This document shows, piece by piece, positions 54,735 to 64,000 of a stretch of 64,000 nucleotides of DNA (position 1 is the first letter of the stretch; the number at the start of each line of letters is the position of its first letter). Source of the stretch: Sporopachydermia quercuum (taxonomy: Eukaryota); contig BCGN01000002.1 in assembly GCA_001599295.1 (NCBI GenBank), positions 2,046,001 through 2,110,000 of the forward strand. Direction: 5' to 3'. The notes beneath the pieces were generated by a model. That model was not told the DNA's origin. It ran no database searches and saw nothing but the letters and a program-made list of their open reading frames with translations. The position numbers and the translations under genes were made by a program.

Positions 54735-57700
54735 ATGCTTCCTATATCAAACAACAATCACAGAAGCACCAAACAGGGTTTGCTTCATTCTATCAAGAAA
54801 AATATTCCTCAAACAAGGAGATGGTCGATAAATGCTCCTAGGCTATTCATCACTTTACTTCTATTGATATCTCCTACGATTTTCTTATGCTTTGAAAGTC
54901 TACAACCAGAATTTATTTCTAATTCTATTCATTCAATCAATAAATATACGGTTTCGTTTTCTTATCCATTAGGGAACAGCGACACAAATAGTCAACACTT
55001 AACAGTTACGACAGTAGATGAGAACGACAATGAGTACGAATCGTTCAATGTACCTTTTGATGAAAAACTAATCAACAGGGCATTTCCTGAACTTTCAGAA
55101 TTACCAAAAGATGTATTCATAGAAAGCTCCAATAGCAATAGCGACAAGTATAATTATCTGAAGACCATCAATGTTAGTTTAGCCCATCAAATCACTTCCA
55201 ACCAGATTGAACCGTTTGTCAATAGTCCTTTCCTTGCTGGTGAGACAATTGACAGTATCAAATCGTTTTGCCATTCAAGAAACAATCAGCCTAAGAATCA
55301 AAACGAAAATGTGCTGTCTTTGTTTTCATTCTTACCTAGAGATTTACTGAAATCTTCTGAGATTGATTCTACTGAACTCGAGCCCCATTCAACTCCGTTT
55401 GACCCATCATTGACTCCTTCGCTATTCCTAACATACATCAACGAATACCTAAAAAGGAATCCAGCAGATATTCGAATATCAACAGAAGACGAGAAAAAGA
55501 ATAATCTTCGAGAACTAAAGAAATTACTGAATTCAAATAAAGACCCTTACATCTATTCATCATTAATGAGTCAACCATCACGGTTAAACGTTGAAATAGC
55601 CAATTTACCTTTTTCATGGTCAGATTGGATCGATCTCACTGGATTCAAACTACATCCCGCTGTTCAAATTCCCATCAATAACATAGTGTTTGGTAGCCAA
55701 AGGCTCAACTGCTCGATGGGATTTCCTTTCATATGCGGAAATGATGAGGGAAGTACGGCAGATACTAACAGTGACGGCAGCGATGATAGTGCTGATCCTG
55801 ATGATGAGTCTCTCGGTAGTTCAGGTTCTACTACTAGCTCCAAATTAGTTTCTCCTCCAGGAATCAAAATACGAAAATTATGGAAAGTTCCTAACACTGA
55901 AGTGAGCAAATTACTATATGGTGACATTTATTTAGCATCATGCAGTAATATCCCATTTCAACTAATATTCCTCAGTGATGATAATTCTCTGAGGTACATA
56001 TCATTGTCGAGGAAAGAAACTAAAGAAACAGAAACTAAGGAAATGGATTACTATTTGAATAATAACTGTGAAAACCAACAAAGTGTCTACAATAGTTTTC
56101 TTATGAAGGACCTCTTTGGTAAAAATGGAGGTTTCTCTTCTAAAGTTCCATTACACTCAATAAATACAACAGTCAGCTCAATTGCTAATGATTTGAAGAT
56201 TCCTGAATGGAGGGATACAACCATTCAGTTGTATGATGAACTATCACTCCATGATATATCTATTCAAGAGAAAGTAGATTTACCAGAATCTTTGTTCAAG
56301 TTAAATCTTGAGGATATTCTAGATCACTATTGCAACAAAGTACTTACTATTTTGTCAACTAGAACCACCTTAACAGACGAAGAGCAAAAGTATCAGGAAG
56401 AAGTAACTTCTAGCAGTGACAAAAATAGCAAAAGGGATATATTCATCCCCCTTTCTTTACTACCGTTAGAAGATCAACAGCATTATTACAATATTTATAA
56501 AGCGTCAAACTCGATGCAAGAGGTGAAATACTTCAACGAAATTTCAATTCATGGTAAACCATCAAATCATCACGACTGGAGATTTTTCCGTGGGTTTCCA
56601 TTTGAGAAAGAAAACATTAATAAAATAATACTAAACAACATGATTAGAGTGTGGATTAAATTTATTAGAAGCATTGGATTGGTTTCATGGCCAGCGCATG
56701 GTTCATTAATTGGTTATTACTGGTCAGGTAGATCATTACCATATGATGATGATGTTGATGTTCAAATGCCAATAGCTCATTTCGATTACTTGGCGCATTA
56801 TTATAATCAATCATTAGTCATAAATGGTGATGATAAGTACTTTATTGATATTAATCCTTGGTATGGACATAGAGATACTTGGAATAAGAAGAATCTTATT
56901 GATGGTAGGTTTATTGATATAAATACCGGAATGTTCATCGATATTACTGCTCTAGCTCATAGCCAAGAGAATGACAAAGGAAAAAGACAAGGTAGGAAGG
57001 GAAGGTTTAGGAAATTACCTGGACCACCACCAAATATGCCAGATGGTTCAGGATTGATTTATAATTGTCGTAATCTACATTTTTATCGTCATGAATGGCT
57101 TTCACCTTTAACCATCAGTAGATTCGAAGGAGAGATAGTACCAATACCTCAGATGTATGAGACTGTCATTGAGGATGAATATGGCAATGCTGCATTGAAT
57201 GATGATTTCTACTCAAATTATAGATTTCATTACGGTCTGAAACAATGGATAAAAGATGCTCATTTCAAATGTTTCGAATCAACAGTTGCATTAGTTGATC
57301 AGCTAGAGTTGCCAGTCTATTCTGATAAGAATAAAAAGATTCTCAATAAAGAATTTGATATGAACAGTTTTGCAAAGATGTATCGAAATTATGTCCAATC
57401 AAAAACTGGTTTATTGTGGAATGAGTTGTACTTTTATAACAAGACATCAACCATCAATAAGAAATATGACGAGTTGAATGCGTATAAGAAGATGAAGATA
57501 AACTCTCTAGCAGATGGTTTTGATAAAGAAAAGGAAAGGAATTATGAGCTTCAACTGCTCAACTTAGAAGTATCTGTAGATAGTGGATATAAAACGAGCA
57601 TGATATCACCTGTTTGTCTTGAGTTGAGTGTCACATTATGGAATGATTTCAAAAGAGCTGGAGCTAATAGTGAAGTTCATGCCGATGGTTTGTATTATAA

Positions 57701-57812
57701 AGGTAATGAAAAAGAGATTAGATTTGATGATGAATACAATAAGTACTCAACTGACAGAATTTATGATTCATTGTGGGAAGAAAGCTGGAACGCTGTTTGT
57801 CGATTAGAATAG
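54735..57812 (+). CDS. LicD/Mnn4-family mannosylphosphate transferase, type II membrane protein, 1025 aa
   Basis: N-terminal TM helix, PFSWSDWIDL, KYFNE, HHDWRFF, WPAHGSLIGYYWSG..LPYDDDVDVQMP and IDGRFIDINTGMFIDITAL. First ATG at 54735 (the track start is TTG). Confidence 0.9.
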   Translation: MLPISNNNHRSTKQGLLHSIKKNIPQTRRWSINAPRLFITLLLLISPTIFLCFESLQPEFISNSIHSINKYTVSFSYPLGNSDTNSQHLTVTTVDENDNEYESFNVPFDEKLINRAFPELSELPKDVFIESSNSNSDKYNYLKTINVSLAHQITSNQIEPFVNSPFLAGETIDSIKSFCHSRNNQPKNQNENVLSLFSFLPRDLLKSSEIDSTELEPHSTPFDPSLTPSLFLTYINEYLKRNPADIRISTEDEKKNNLRELKKLLNSNKDPYIYSSLMSQPSRLNVEIANLPFSWSDWIDLTGFKLHPAVQIPINNIVFGSQRLNCSMGFPFICGNDEGSTADTNSDGSDDSADPDDESLGSSGSTTSSKLVSPPGIKIRKLWKVPNTEVSKLLYGDIYLASCSNIPFQLIFLSDDNSLRYISLSRKETKETETKEMDYYLNNNCENQQSVYNSFLMKDLFGKNGGFSSKVPLHSINTTVSSIANDLKIPEWRDTTIQLYDELSLHDISIQEKVDLPESLFKLNLEDILDHYCNKVLTILSTRTTLTDEEQKYQEEVTSSSDKNSKRDIFIPLSLLPLEDQQHYYNIYKASNSMQEVKYFNEISIHGKPSNHHDWRFFRGFPFEKENINKIILNNMIRVWIKFIRSIGLVSWPAHGSLIGYYWSGRSLPYDDDVDVQMPIAHFDYLAHYYNQSLVINGDDKYFIDINPWYGHRDTWNKKNLIDGRFIDINTGMFIDITALAHSQENDKGKRQGRKGRFRKLPGPPPNMPDGSGLIYNCRNLHFYRHEWLSPLTISRFEGEIVPIPQMYETVIEDEYGNAALNDDFYSNYRFHYGLKQWIKDAHFKCFESTVALVDQLELPVYSDKNKKILNKEFDMNSFAKMYRNYVQSKTGLLWNELYFYNKTSTINKKYDELNAYKKMKINSLADGFDKEKERNYELQLLNLEVSVDSGYKTSMISPVCLELSVTLWNDFKRAGANSEVHADGLYYKGNEKEIRFDDEYNKYSTDRIYDSLWEESWNAVCRLE

Positions 57813-58713
57813 CATAATTATGAAATGATATTATTTTTTTGAGCTAACTATAGGAAGAATCATAACGGTGTATATTTAAACAAATATGAAGAAGGCTCAA
57901 ACACTTCTTTATTTACTACAATACAGTATTTATACTTTATTATGTTCGTATTTGACTCTTATTCTTACTGATACTGATACTCATTCATATTCCAAGTACG
58001 GCTTTAGTAATTCAATTAACTGCACCGAATATTGAAATTGATGCAATTATGTATATTGACATTTGGATTGTGAAAATTTTTAAATTTCGCACCCATGGAA
58101 GCCTAACCTAAATCTTACAGGAAACAACATGTACTATCAATTAAGTATCCTAAATAGTACTCATCCGAATGCAAACACGGTCAACTTCCGGGCCCTTTCT
58201 CTCTTTTATCATGTAAAGCTTAACCTAACCAGCCATCAAACAAACTTTATTTGAGATAATCCTTCTAGTATCCCTCCTGTTCCTCGCTTCATACGGTGTG
58301 TTGTAGCTCTTACGCGCAAACTCATGTATCCCGAAATCAATCGCGGCTTCAATGAACTAGATGATTAATGTAGTGATCATATTTCTGCCTCGTTATAATT
58401 GCTTTCCGTCGGGATACTATATTCGAAAAGAGGTTTGCTTCATGTCTGTGTTAATTAAATACAACTAGACACAAAAGAGTATCGTCTAATAGTCCCCAAA
58501 AGAAGAGACAGGAAAGAAAAAGATCAGGAATAGGAAGGGATCAGAGGGACCAAAGCAATCAGAGGAACATCTTGACCGCTAATTCAATCTTATGTTATCA
58601 TCATCAACAGCATCAGCAATCTCCACAATTTCAGAAGCTAAATGTAATTGAAATTGTCTCAAATCGTCCGATAGTGTTCTTTAATCTCATTCAACCTACA
58701 TCAAATTTTCACA

Positions 58714-59270
58714 ATGGCTCGTCTGTCGACAGGGTCCACACTAAGGACTGGTAAAGGGATAGTAACAAGCAAAACGACGAGTAGGAAATCAATTCCAGGG
58801 GAGCGTTCTGACAAATCTGGTAAAAGTAAACGAAAAAGCTTTCAAGTGAGAGCAGGCGGATATTATAGACCTCAGTGTAAGTATTTAATGGCTTGAGTAA
58901 TCATAGACAGTTTGATTAGAACCCAATTATTAACGTAAGTCTAGTGGGAGACCCAATTCCAGAAAAGAAAAGAAGATTCAGACCGGGAACAGTTGCACTA
59001 AGAGAAATTCGTCAGTATCAAAAGACAACTGATTTGCTTATAAGAAAACTGCCATTTGCTAGATTAGTTCGAGATGTCGCACAAGAGTTTGTTGCATCAG
59101 ACACTGGATTTCGATGGCAGTCAACGGCAATCTTAGCTCTGCAAGAAGCTACTGAAGCATATCTTGTGAGTCTTCTTGAAGATACAAATTTATGTGCTGT
59201 GCATGCAAGAAGAGTGACAATTATGCAGAAAGATATTCAGTTGGCGAGAAGAATAAAAGGTGCATGGTAA
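58714..59270 (+). CDS. CSE4: Centromeric histone H3 (CenH3/Cse4), 2 exons (58714-58876, 58945-59270), 162 aa
   Basis: H3 fold with a divergent N-tail, KLPFARL (H3 Gln replaced), extended loop 1 ([10 protein letters not shown]), RWQS and VTIMQKD. Confidence 0.93.
58877..58944 (+). other. Spliceosomal intron of CenH3 (68 nt)
   Basis: GTAAGT donor, degenerate TATTAAC branch point, CTAG acceptor; phase 1 joins the two track ORFs. Confidence 0.8.
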
Positions 59271-59413
59271 TGGATGGTTCAATAGGATATTAATATCTTG
59301 GTATTCAGTTCTGGCAACGAAAGAGCCAACAGTCCGCTGTACATTTTATTGTTGTATGATTTGTATTAGAGGGTACGTCAAGGTATCTAATTTTGTTAAT
59401 GTGGGCGCGCATT

Positions 59414-59434
59414 TATATATATATATATATATAT
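59414..59434. repeat. (TA)10 microsatellite in the CSE4/HOF1 convergent terminator region
   Basis: Direct reading of the sequence. Confidence 0.9.
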
Positions 59435-59692
59435 GTATTGGTTCATGAAGAAGTGATTGTATTATAATAATGAATTTGAAATAAGCAAATTTAATTAATA
59501 ATTCAACTTTCACTGTAGTAGCAATCGTAATCTATCTGTTTCTACCTGTTTCACGTCCAGCGGAAGTTCTATTAATACTATACGAAACGTAGGTTATACA
59601 TTTTATAATTATCAATTATCCCCAAAATAACATCTTTCTACATAAATATATCATTCAACATAAATACTATCAATACATAATAATCCCTATGT

Positions 59693-62443
59693 TCAAACCG
59701 GAGATAAATAGTTACTAGGAACCAGCCCAACCTCCCCAGTACTAAGAACTTCTCCTTCCCACCATCCGTCTTCTTGCATTCTAACAACCAGTATAATATC
59801 TTTCTTTCTGAAACTTGCCTCTTCCGGAATTCCTGCCCTATAATCATATAATGCCTTTGCATGACGTATCACAGGTACCCTCTTCCGTGTGAACAATGGT
59901 AATCCATTTGGTGCTATGACATGATTCATTGCTTGCACGCTGACTCCACCATTTTGTTCGTATCCAAGAGACCTAGGTCTTGGTTTCATTGATGGCTGTT
60001 GAATCGCTTGCTGGGTTGGTTGCTGTGGTCTAGAATAGTCCACCATGTTTCCTGAGGATCTAGCATTACTGTTATTCGTCATATTGTCCATACCGTTGTT
60101 GTATCCTTCATAGAAAGACTGAGGTCTCTTTAATTGCGATAATTGTTGAGCTTGTTGGCTTTGATGAGAAGGATAACCCTGATTNTATCCTCCGTTGGCT
60201 AACTCATTACCATTTCCCATAGCTGTCTCGTTCAATACACCACTGGATCTCGATCTACCTAGATCCATGAACCTTTGATAACCAGTATGATGTTGGTTTT
60301 GGCTTGGATACTGATCATGAGCTGGAAATTGCCCCTGCTGTTGAGATTGGTTGAATTTCAAGTTGTTCAAAGCCATAACAAGTGGATCTTGATTGTTAGA
60401 AGACTGTCCCTGCAGTTGGGGTTTGCCTTGAAGCTGGAAAGAAGATTTCTCTAGTAACTGAGATTGATGACTCTTTGGATCCATTGTAGTCACACCAGGT
60501 ATTATATTTGATATATTCTTTCTGGACGGTGAATCAGAACTCATCTCATTTCCAGTACGAACTGGGGACCTTGGTTTAACGGTAGATGTACTGGATATTG
60601 TAGATAAATCAGAAATTGCTTCTGGAGGATCATATTTATCATTATAATATGGGTTTCCGGAGCCACGAGCATTATATTGAGCGTTTGAAGTGTAATTTGA
60701 AGCCAAGACAGTATTGCCGTTCTTGTTGCTAATAATGTTGGACATGGGGCTGGATTCGCTAGAAACAGATTTGCTTCTAGAATGCCAAATCGATGACTTA
60801 TCTTTAGTACTTCTTCTTCTGAATGGTGACATGAAAAAGCTCTTGGATTTCTTTTCTTGCTCTTGAATACCATCTTCAGTAGGTCCAGAAACAGCTTTCA
60901 AAGGTGCTATCGAAGCCCCATTTGCTTCTGTGTCTAATGTTCCTGAGCCTGAACATGTAGCCACTGGGCTGGCCTTTTTAGTTTTGTTTCCATTAAGCAA
61001 ATTGCTACCATAGTCAGAATGGGTAGAGCTTGAGTAAACACTAGAGTTGATAGAGCTTGATAAGTCATTTGGATGATTATCGTCGTTATTACCCATCATT
61101 GAGCTTCCAACAGTTGAAGGTGATGAGGGGTATGCTGTTTTGTCATCAGTTTCGTTAAAATTCAAAGCATTGCTCTGAGCTCTTAAATCTGGTATACTTC
61201 TAGTAATACCGTTGAAAGACTTTGATTTAGGAACTCTATTATTAAAATCACCACCATTGATATCGTTGCTTACTGGCTCATCAGTTAATTGATTCATTGA
61301 TATACTCTTATTTGGTACCTTGCACATAACTGAACTACCTCTATTTGTTACAAAATTAGCCAGCTGAACAAGACGTTTAGGCTCATGTCCTTCACCATCA
61401 AGATAATTGACAAACATTGGAGGGCCATATATCTTATTACCAGTTCCTTTAGTTCTTGAATAGAGTTCAATATCAGTTTGAATATCACATTTTTCCAATC
61501 CCAATCGAATATTCTCACAAGATGTATCATCAGAAACACAATTGGTGGACACAATGTTAGCATATACCCATAAATTACTTTTAAGGAAAGCAACTTTCTC
61601 TTCTTCTAACTCTTGAAGCTTAACACAAGCGGCTTTCCACTCGGAGTTCCAGATATCTGTTATATCTGCCAATTGATTCAAAAGCTGTTGATAATCTCTT
61701 CTGGCAATAGGAATAGCTGATTGCAGCTTGTTGATTTTCAGCTGATTTTTCTCAAGCTCTTTTCCTAGTAATAAATTAGATTGAGCATATAATGAATTGA
61801 TTTTCTTACAATCAGACTCAAATTTCTCTCTCGCCTTATCTGTTTGATGAGTTAGTTGAGCCTTGGTTTTCATCAGTTTACAAATCGAAGTTTCAATAGA
61901 TTTTCTTCTTGCTTTAAATGATTCTAAGAAAGCAATTAGAGGACCGTCTGCTTCATTTTTAGCTTGTTGAGCTTGTATGGCATGATTTTTGCCCATTTGT
62001 TCTGTTTCAATTCTGACTTGTTCAATTGCTTTTCTGAGGGTCCCTGATTCCTGCTCACCGAACTGTTTACGAGACAGGTCAATCATTTTTTTAGCGTACT
62101 CCTCTTCAATGGAAATTCGTTCCTGATAGAAAGAGTGAGCATCTTCAAGTGTCTTTCTAGATATTTGAGATTTGTTCAGAAGAGCTGATGCACCTTCATC
62201 GTTTGGTCCCTGCATCAAAATATTGTTAGTCATAGTCTGTTCCATAAGAATAGAGTGAAATCTTAAATTTTTTCAATGACGACCTATGCCACTATCCAAC
62301 AAAATTTTGTTGAGAAAATGAAAAGTGACTCGAGTATCATATGAGAGATACGTTGAATATGCTCCACCTAGAAAGGAACAACGAAGAAAACATACCCAGA
62401 AACTATTGACAAATGCAAATTTGTCAGAAACAATCGAAGCCAT
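59693..62443 (-). CDS. HOF1: F-BAR plus C-terminal SH3 cytokinesis protein (Hof1/Cdc15/Imp2 family), 2 exons (62443-62396, 62209-59693), 854 aa
   Basis: Spliced N-terminus MASIVSDKFAFVNSFWGPNDEG, FYQERISIEEEYAKK, LWVYANIVSTNCVSDD, GTG, and SH3 AKALYDY...DGWWEGE...GLVPSNYL. Confidence 0.9.
62210..62395 (-). other. Spliceosomal intron of HOF1 (186 nt)
   Basis: GTATGT donor, GACTAAC branch point, TGCAG acceptor; phase 0. Confidence 0.9.
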
Positions 62444-63396
62444 TTTCAGCTTAAGCTCAATAGTTTGCCAATTTCTCCAAAGAATCTGTGATTGAGTAAT
62501 ATATATTCAGTAGATAATACCTGTTTGGATAGACAATAATAGGGTGACAACAGATTACTCATTAGCTAACAACGCTTCGCTTGCAGTTAGTTGCCTTTTG
62601 TAGACCAAACTTGTTATGAATACAACAAAGCCTTCTCAAATAAGAGTAACTTGCCAGCAAAATACAGACTGCTCTCATGATGAAGGGAACAGGAAAATGA
62701 TTACGACAGTGATAGTCGTTATATCAAGAATCCAGAAAAAAAAAAAGTACTATTCGAGGTTTGCACATTGAATTTTGGCAAGTGGAATAGGTTCTGTGTT
62801 TATATACTTCCTAATTTGGTATAGTAATTGAAGTTAATCACGTGATATGATATCGGAAATGATAACCAAGAGAGATAAGAAACTGAATGTTACATAAGTT
62901 GAACGAGTTATTGAAAGTTATATTTTGTCTTGCAGTCCAAATCCAAAATAGCTCTCATATATACTAAAAAGTCAGTAATGATTTGGTCAAATGATTGAGT
63001 CAACTGTTGTTTCATCGTTACTTCATATGACTAATCTGGAAAACATACTATACTATCACCTCTGCATGGCAATACAGAAACCTGCATGTCAGTGCATTCT
63101 TGTGCATAGTCGTTGCATGCTATTCTGCCATCACAGAAAAATAAGCAACGCTTGTTCTTCCAATCATCAAAAACATTTAACTTATAACGAGCACATCCTA
63201 CACATCATATGTATTATCGCCTGTTAGATCATATAGCAATATTAAGAATAAATATAAATTTTACCTATACGAATGATATCCCAGTACAATTCTGCTAGCA
63301 CTCTATCTAAAACCAGTAATAAGCTATTAATTAATATAACAAAACGGAGCCCATACTTCAAATATTATACACTTAACTTCATGTAGATGTAGGCTT

Positions 63397-64000
63397 TTAA
63401 TGGGTCGTATGACCCTTATGATACTTCAAACCGTTCATGTTCTTATACCGCTTACCACACACATCACATCTAAAGGGTTTGCTGGCATCATCATCATCTC
63501 CACACCAATTCCCACTCATCACACGGCCAGTTGCTGGATCTATCACAGAATATGTTACACCATCAGGGTTTAATCTTAATGTCTGATGTTGATGTCCGTG
63601 TGCTCTATGATACTTTAATCCATTCTGATTTTTATACGTCTTATCGCATCCTACAACAGGGCATGTGTATGGTTTATTCGACGAAGGTTCCTTATTGTTC
63701 ACCAGATACAGATTTCTGGCAGGGTCCGGAATATAGAAGTCCTTTTCCTCATCTTGAGTAGAGTATGGAGTTATGGGTAATTGCTGTGACGTTATCGTAG
63801 AATTCGTTGATGCCATTTGATCAGAGGTATTGTTAATTAATGTTGGAGAAGGGTAAAATTGTTGTGCTTGAGATGAAGATGCGTTTTGTCCATTAGAGAA
63901 CAAAGTTGAGGCATGTGTAGGTGTAGTTGGTTGATTCGAGTGTATTGATTGTAGGGAGTGCGATGTTTGCATAACCGTTCCACCTATATTCCTGCTGCTA
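63397..64000 (-). CDS. SFP1: Split zinc-finger transcription factor Sfp1, 3' part only (ORF runs off the window)
   Basis: YIPDPARNL, KPYTCPVVGCDKTYKNQNGLKYHRAHGH and KPFRCDVCGKRYKNMNGLKYH; the frame stays open to position 64000. Confidence 0.92.
   Translation of the reverse strand, partial: SSRNIGGTVMQTSHSLQSIHSNQPTTPTHASTLFSNGQNASSSQAQQFYPSPTLINNTSDQMASTNSTITSQQLPITPYSTQDEEKDFYIPDPARNLYLVNNKEPSSNKPYTCPVVGCDKTYKNQNGLKYHRAHGHQHQTLRLNPDGVTYSVIDPATGRVMSGNWCGDDDDASKPFRCDVCGKRYKNMNGLKYHKGHTTH

Noticed and set aside
50691..57870. 13-bp direct repeat AATCATAACGGTG (50691-50703 and 57858-57870) as a target-site duplication around the pogo-derived and MNN4-like genes
   Set aside because: 13-mer matches are expected by chance in 64 kb of AT-rich DNA, and pogo elements duplicate TA only.

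Overview
Eukaryotic, AT-rich fungal DNA, most consistent with an early-diverging budding yeast (Saccharomycotina) that uses the standard genetic code (CTG occurs at invariant Leu positions). I support 17 protein-coding genes: Con7-like C2H2 TF, Zn2Cys6 TF, CAT2, a PTS1 alpha/beta hydrolase, a TBC protein, CRN1, MAG2, SPC2, a TDA5-like SDR, a TUS1-like RhoGEF, ORC1, TEM1/SPG1, a Fot1/pogo-derived protein, an MNN4/LicD protein, CenH3, a HOF1/Cdc15-like F-BAR protein and the 3' part of SFP1. Five genes have spliceosomal introns (7 in total) that the ORF track misses; I reconstructed these by hand. No tRNA, rRNA, CRISPR array or intact transposon was found. The strongest leads are: (1) an apparently domesticated Fot1/pogo transposase with a D-D-35-E triad and no TIRs; (2) multi-kilobase domains strongly enriched in CCG/CGG that switch on in the middle of a gene; (3) a speculative minus-strand structured ncRNA between TDA5 and TUS1 with telomerase-RNA-like hallmarks; (4) deep synteny with S. 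cerevisiae chr XII/XIII blocks; (5) a Gln-finger-less TBC pseudo-GAP and an unresolved CAT2 mitochondrial-isoform architecture. All homology calls come from motif recognition by eye, not from database searches.
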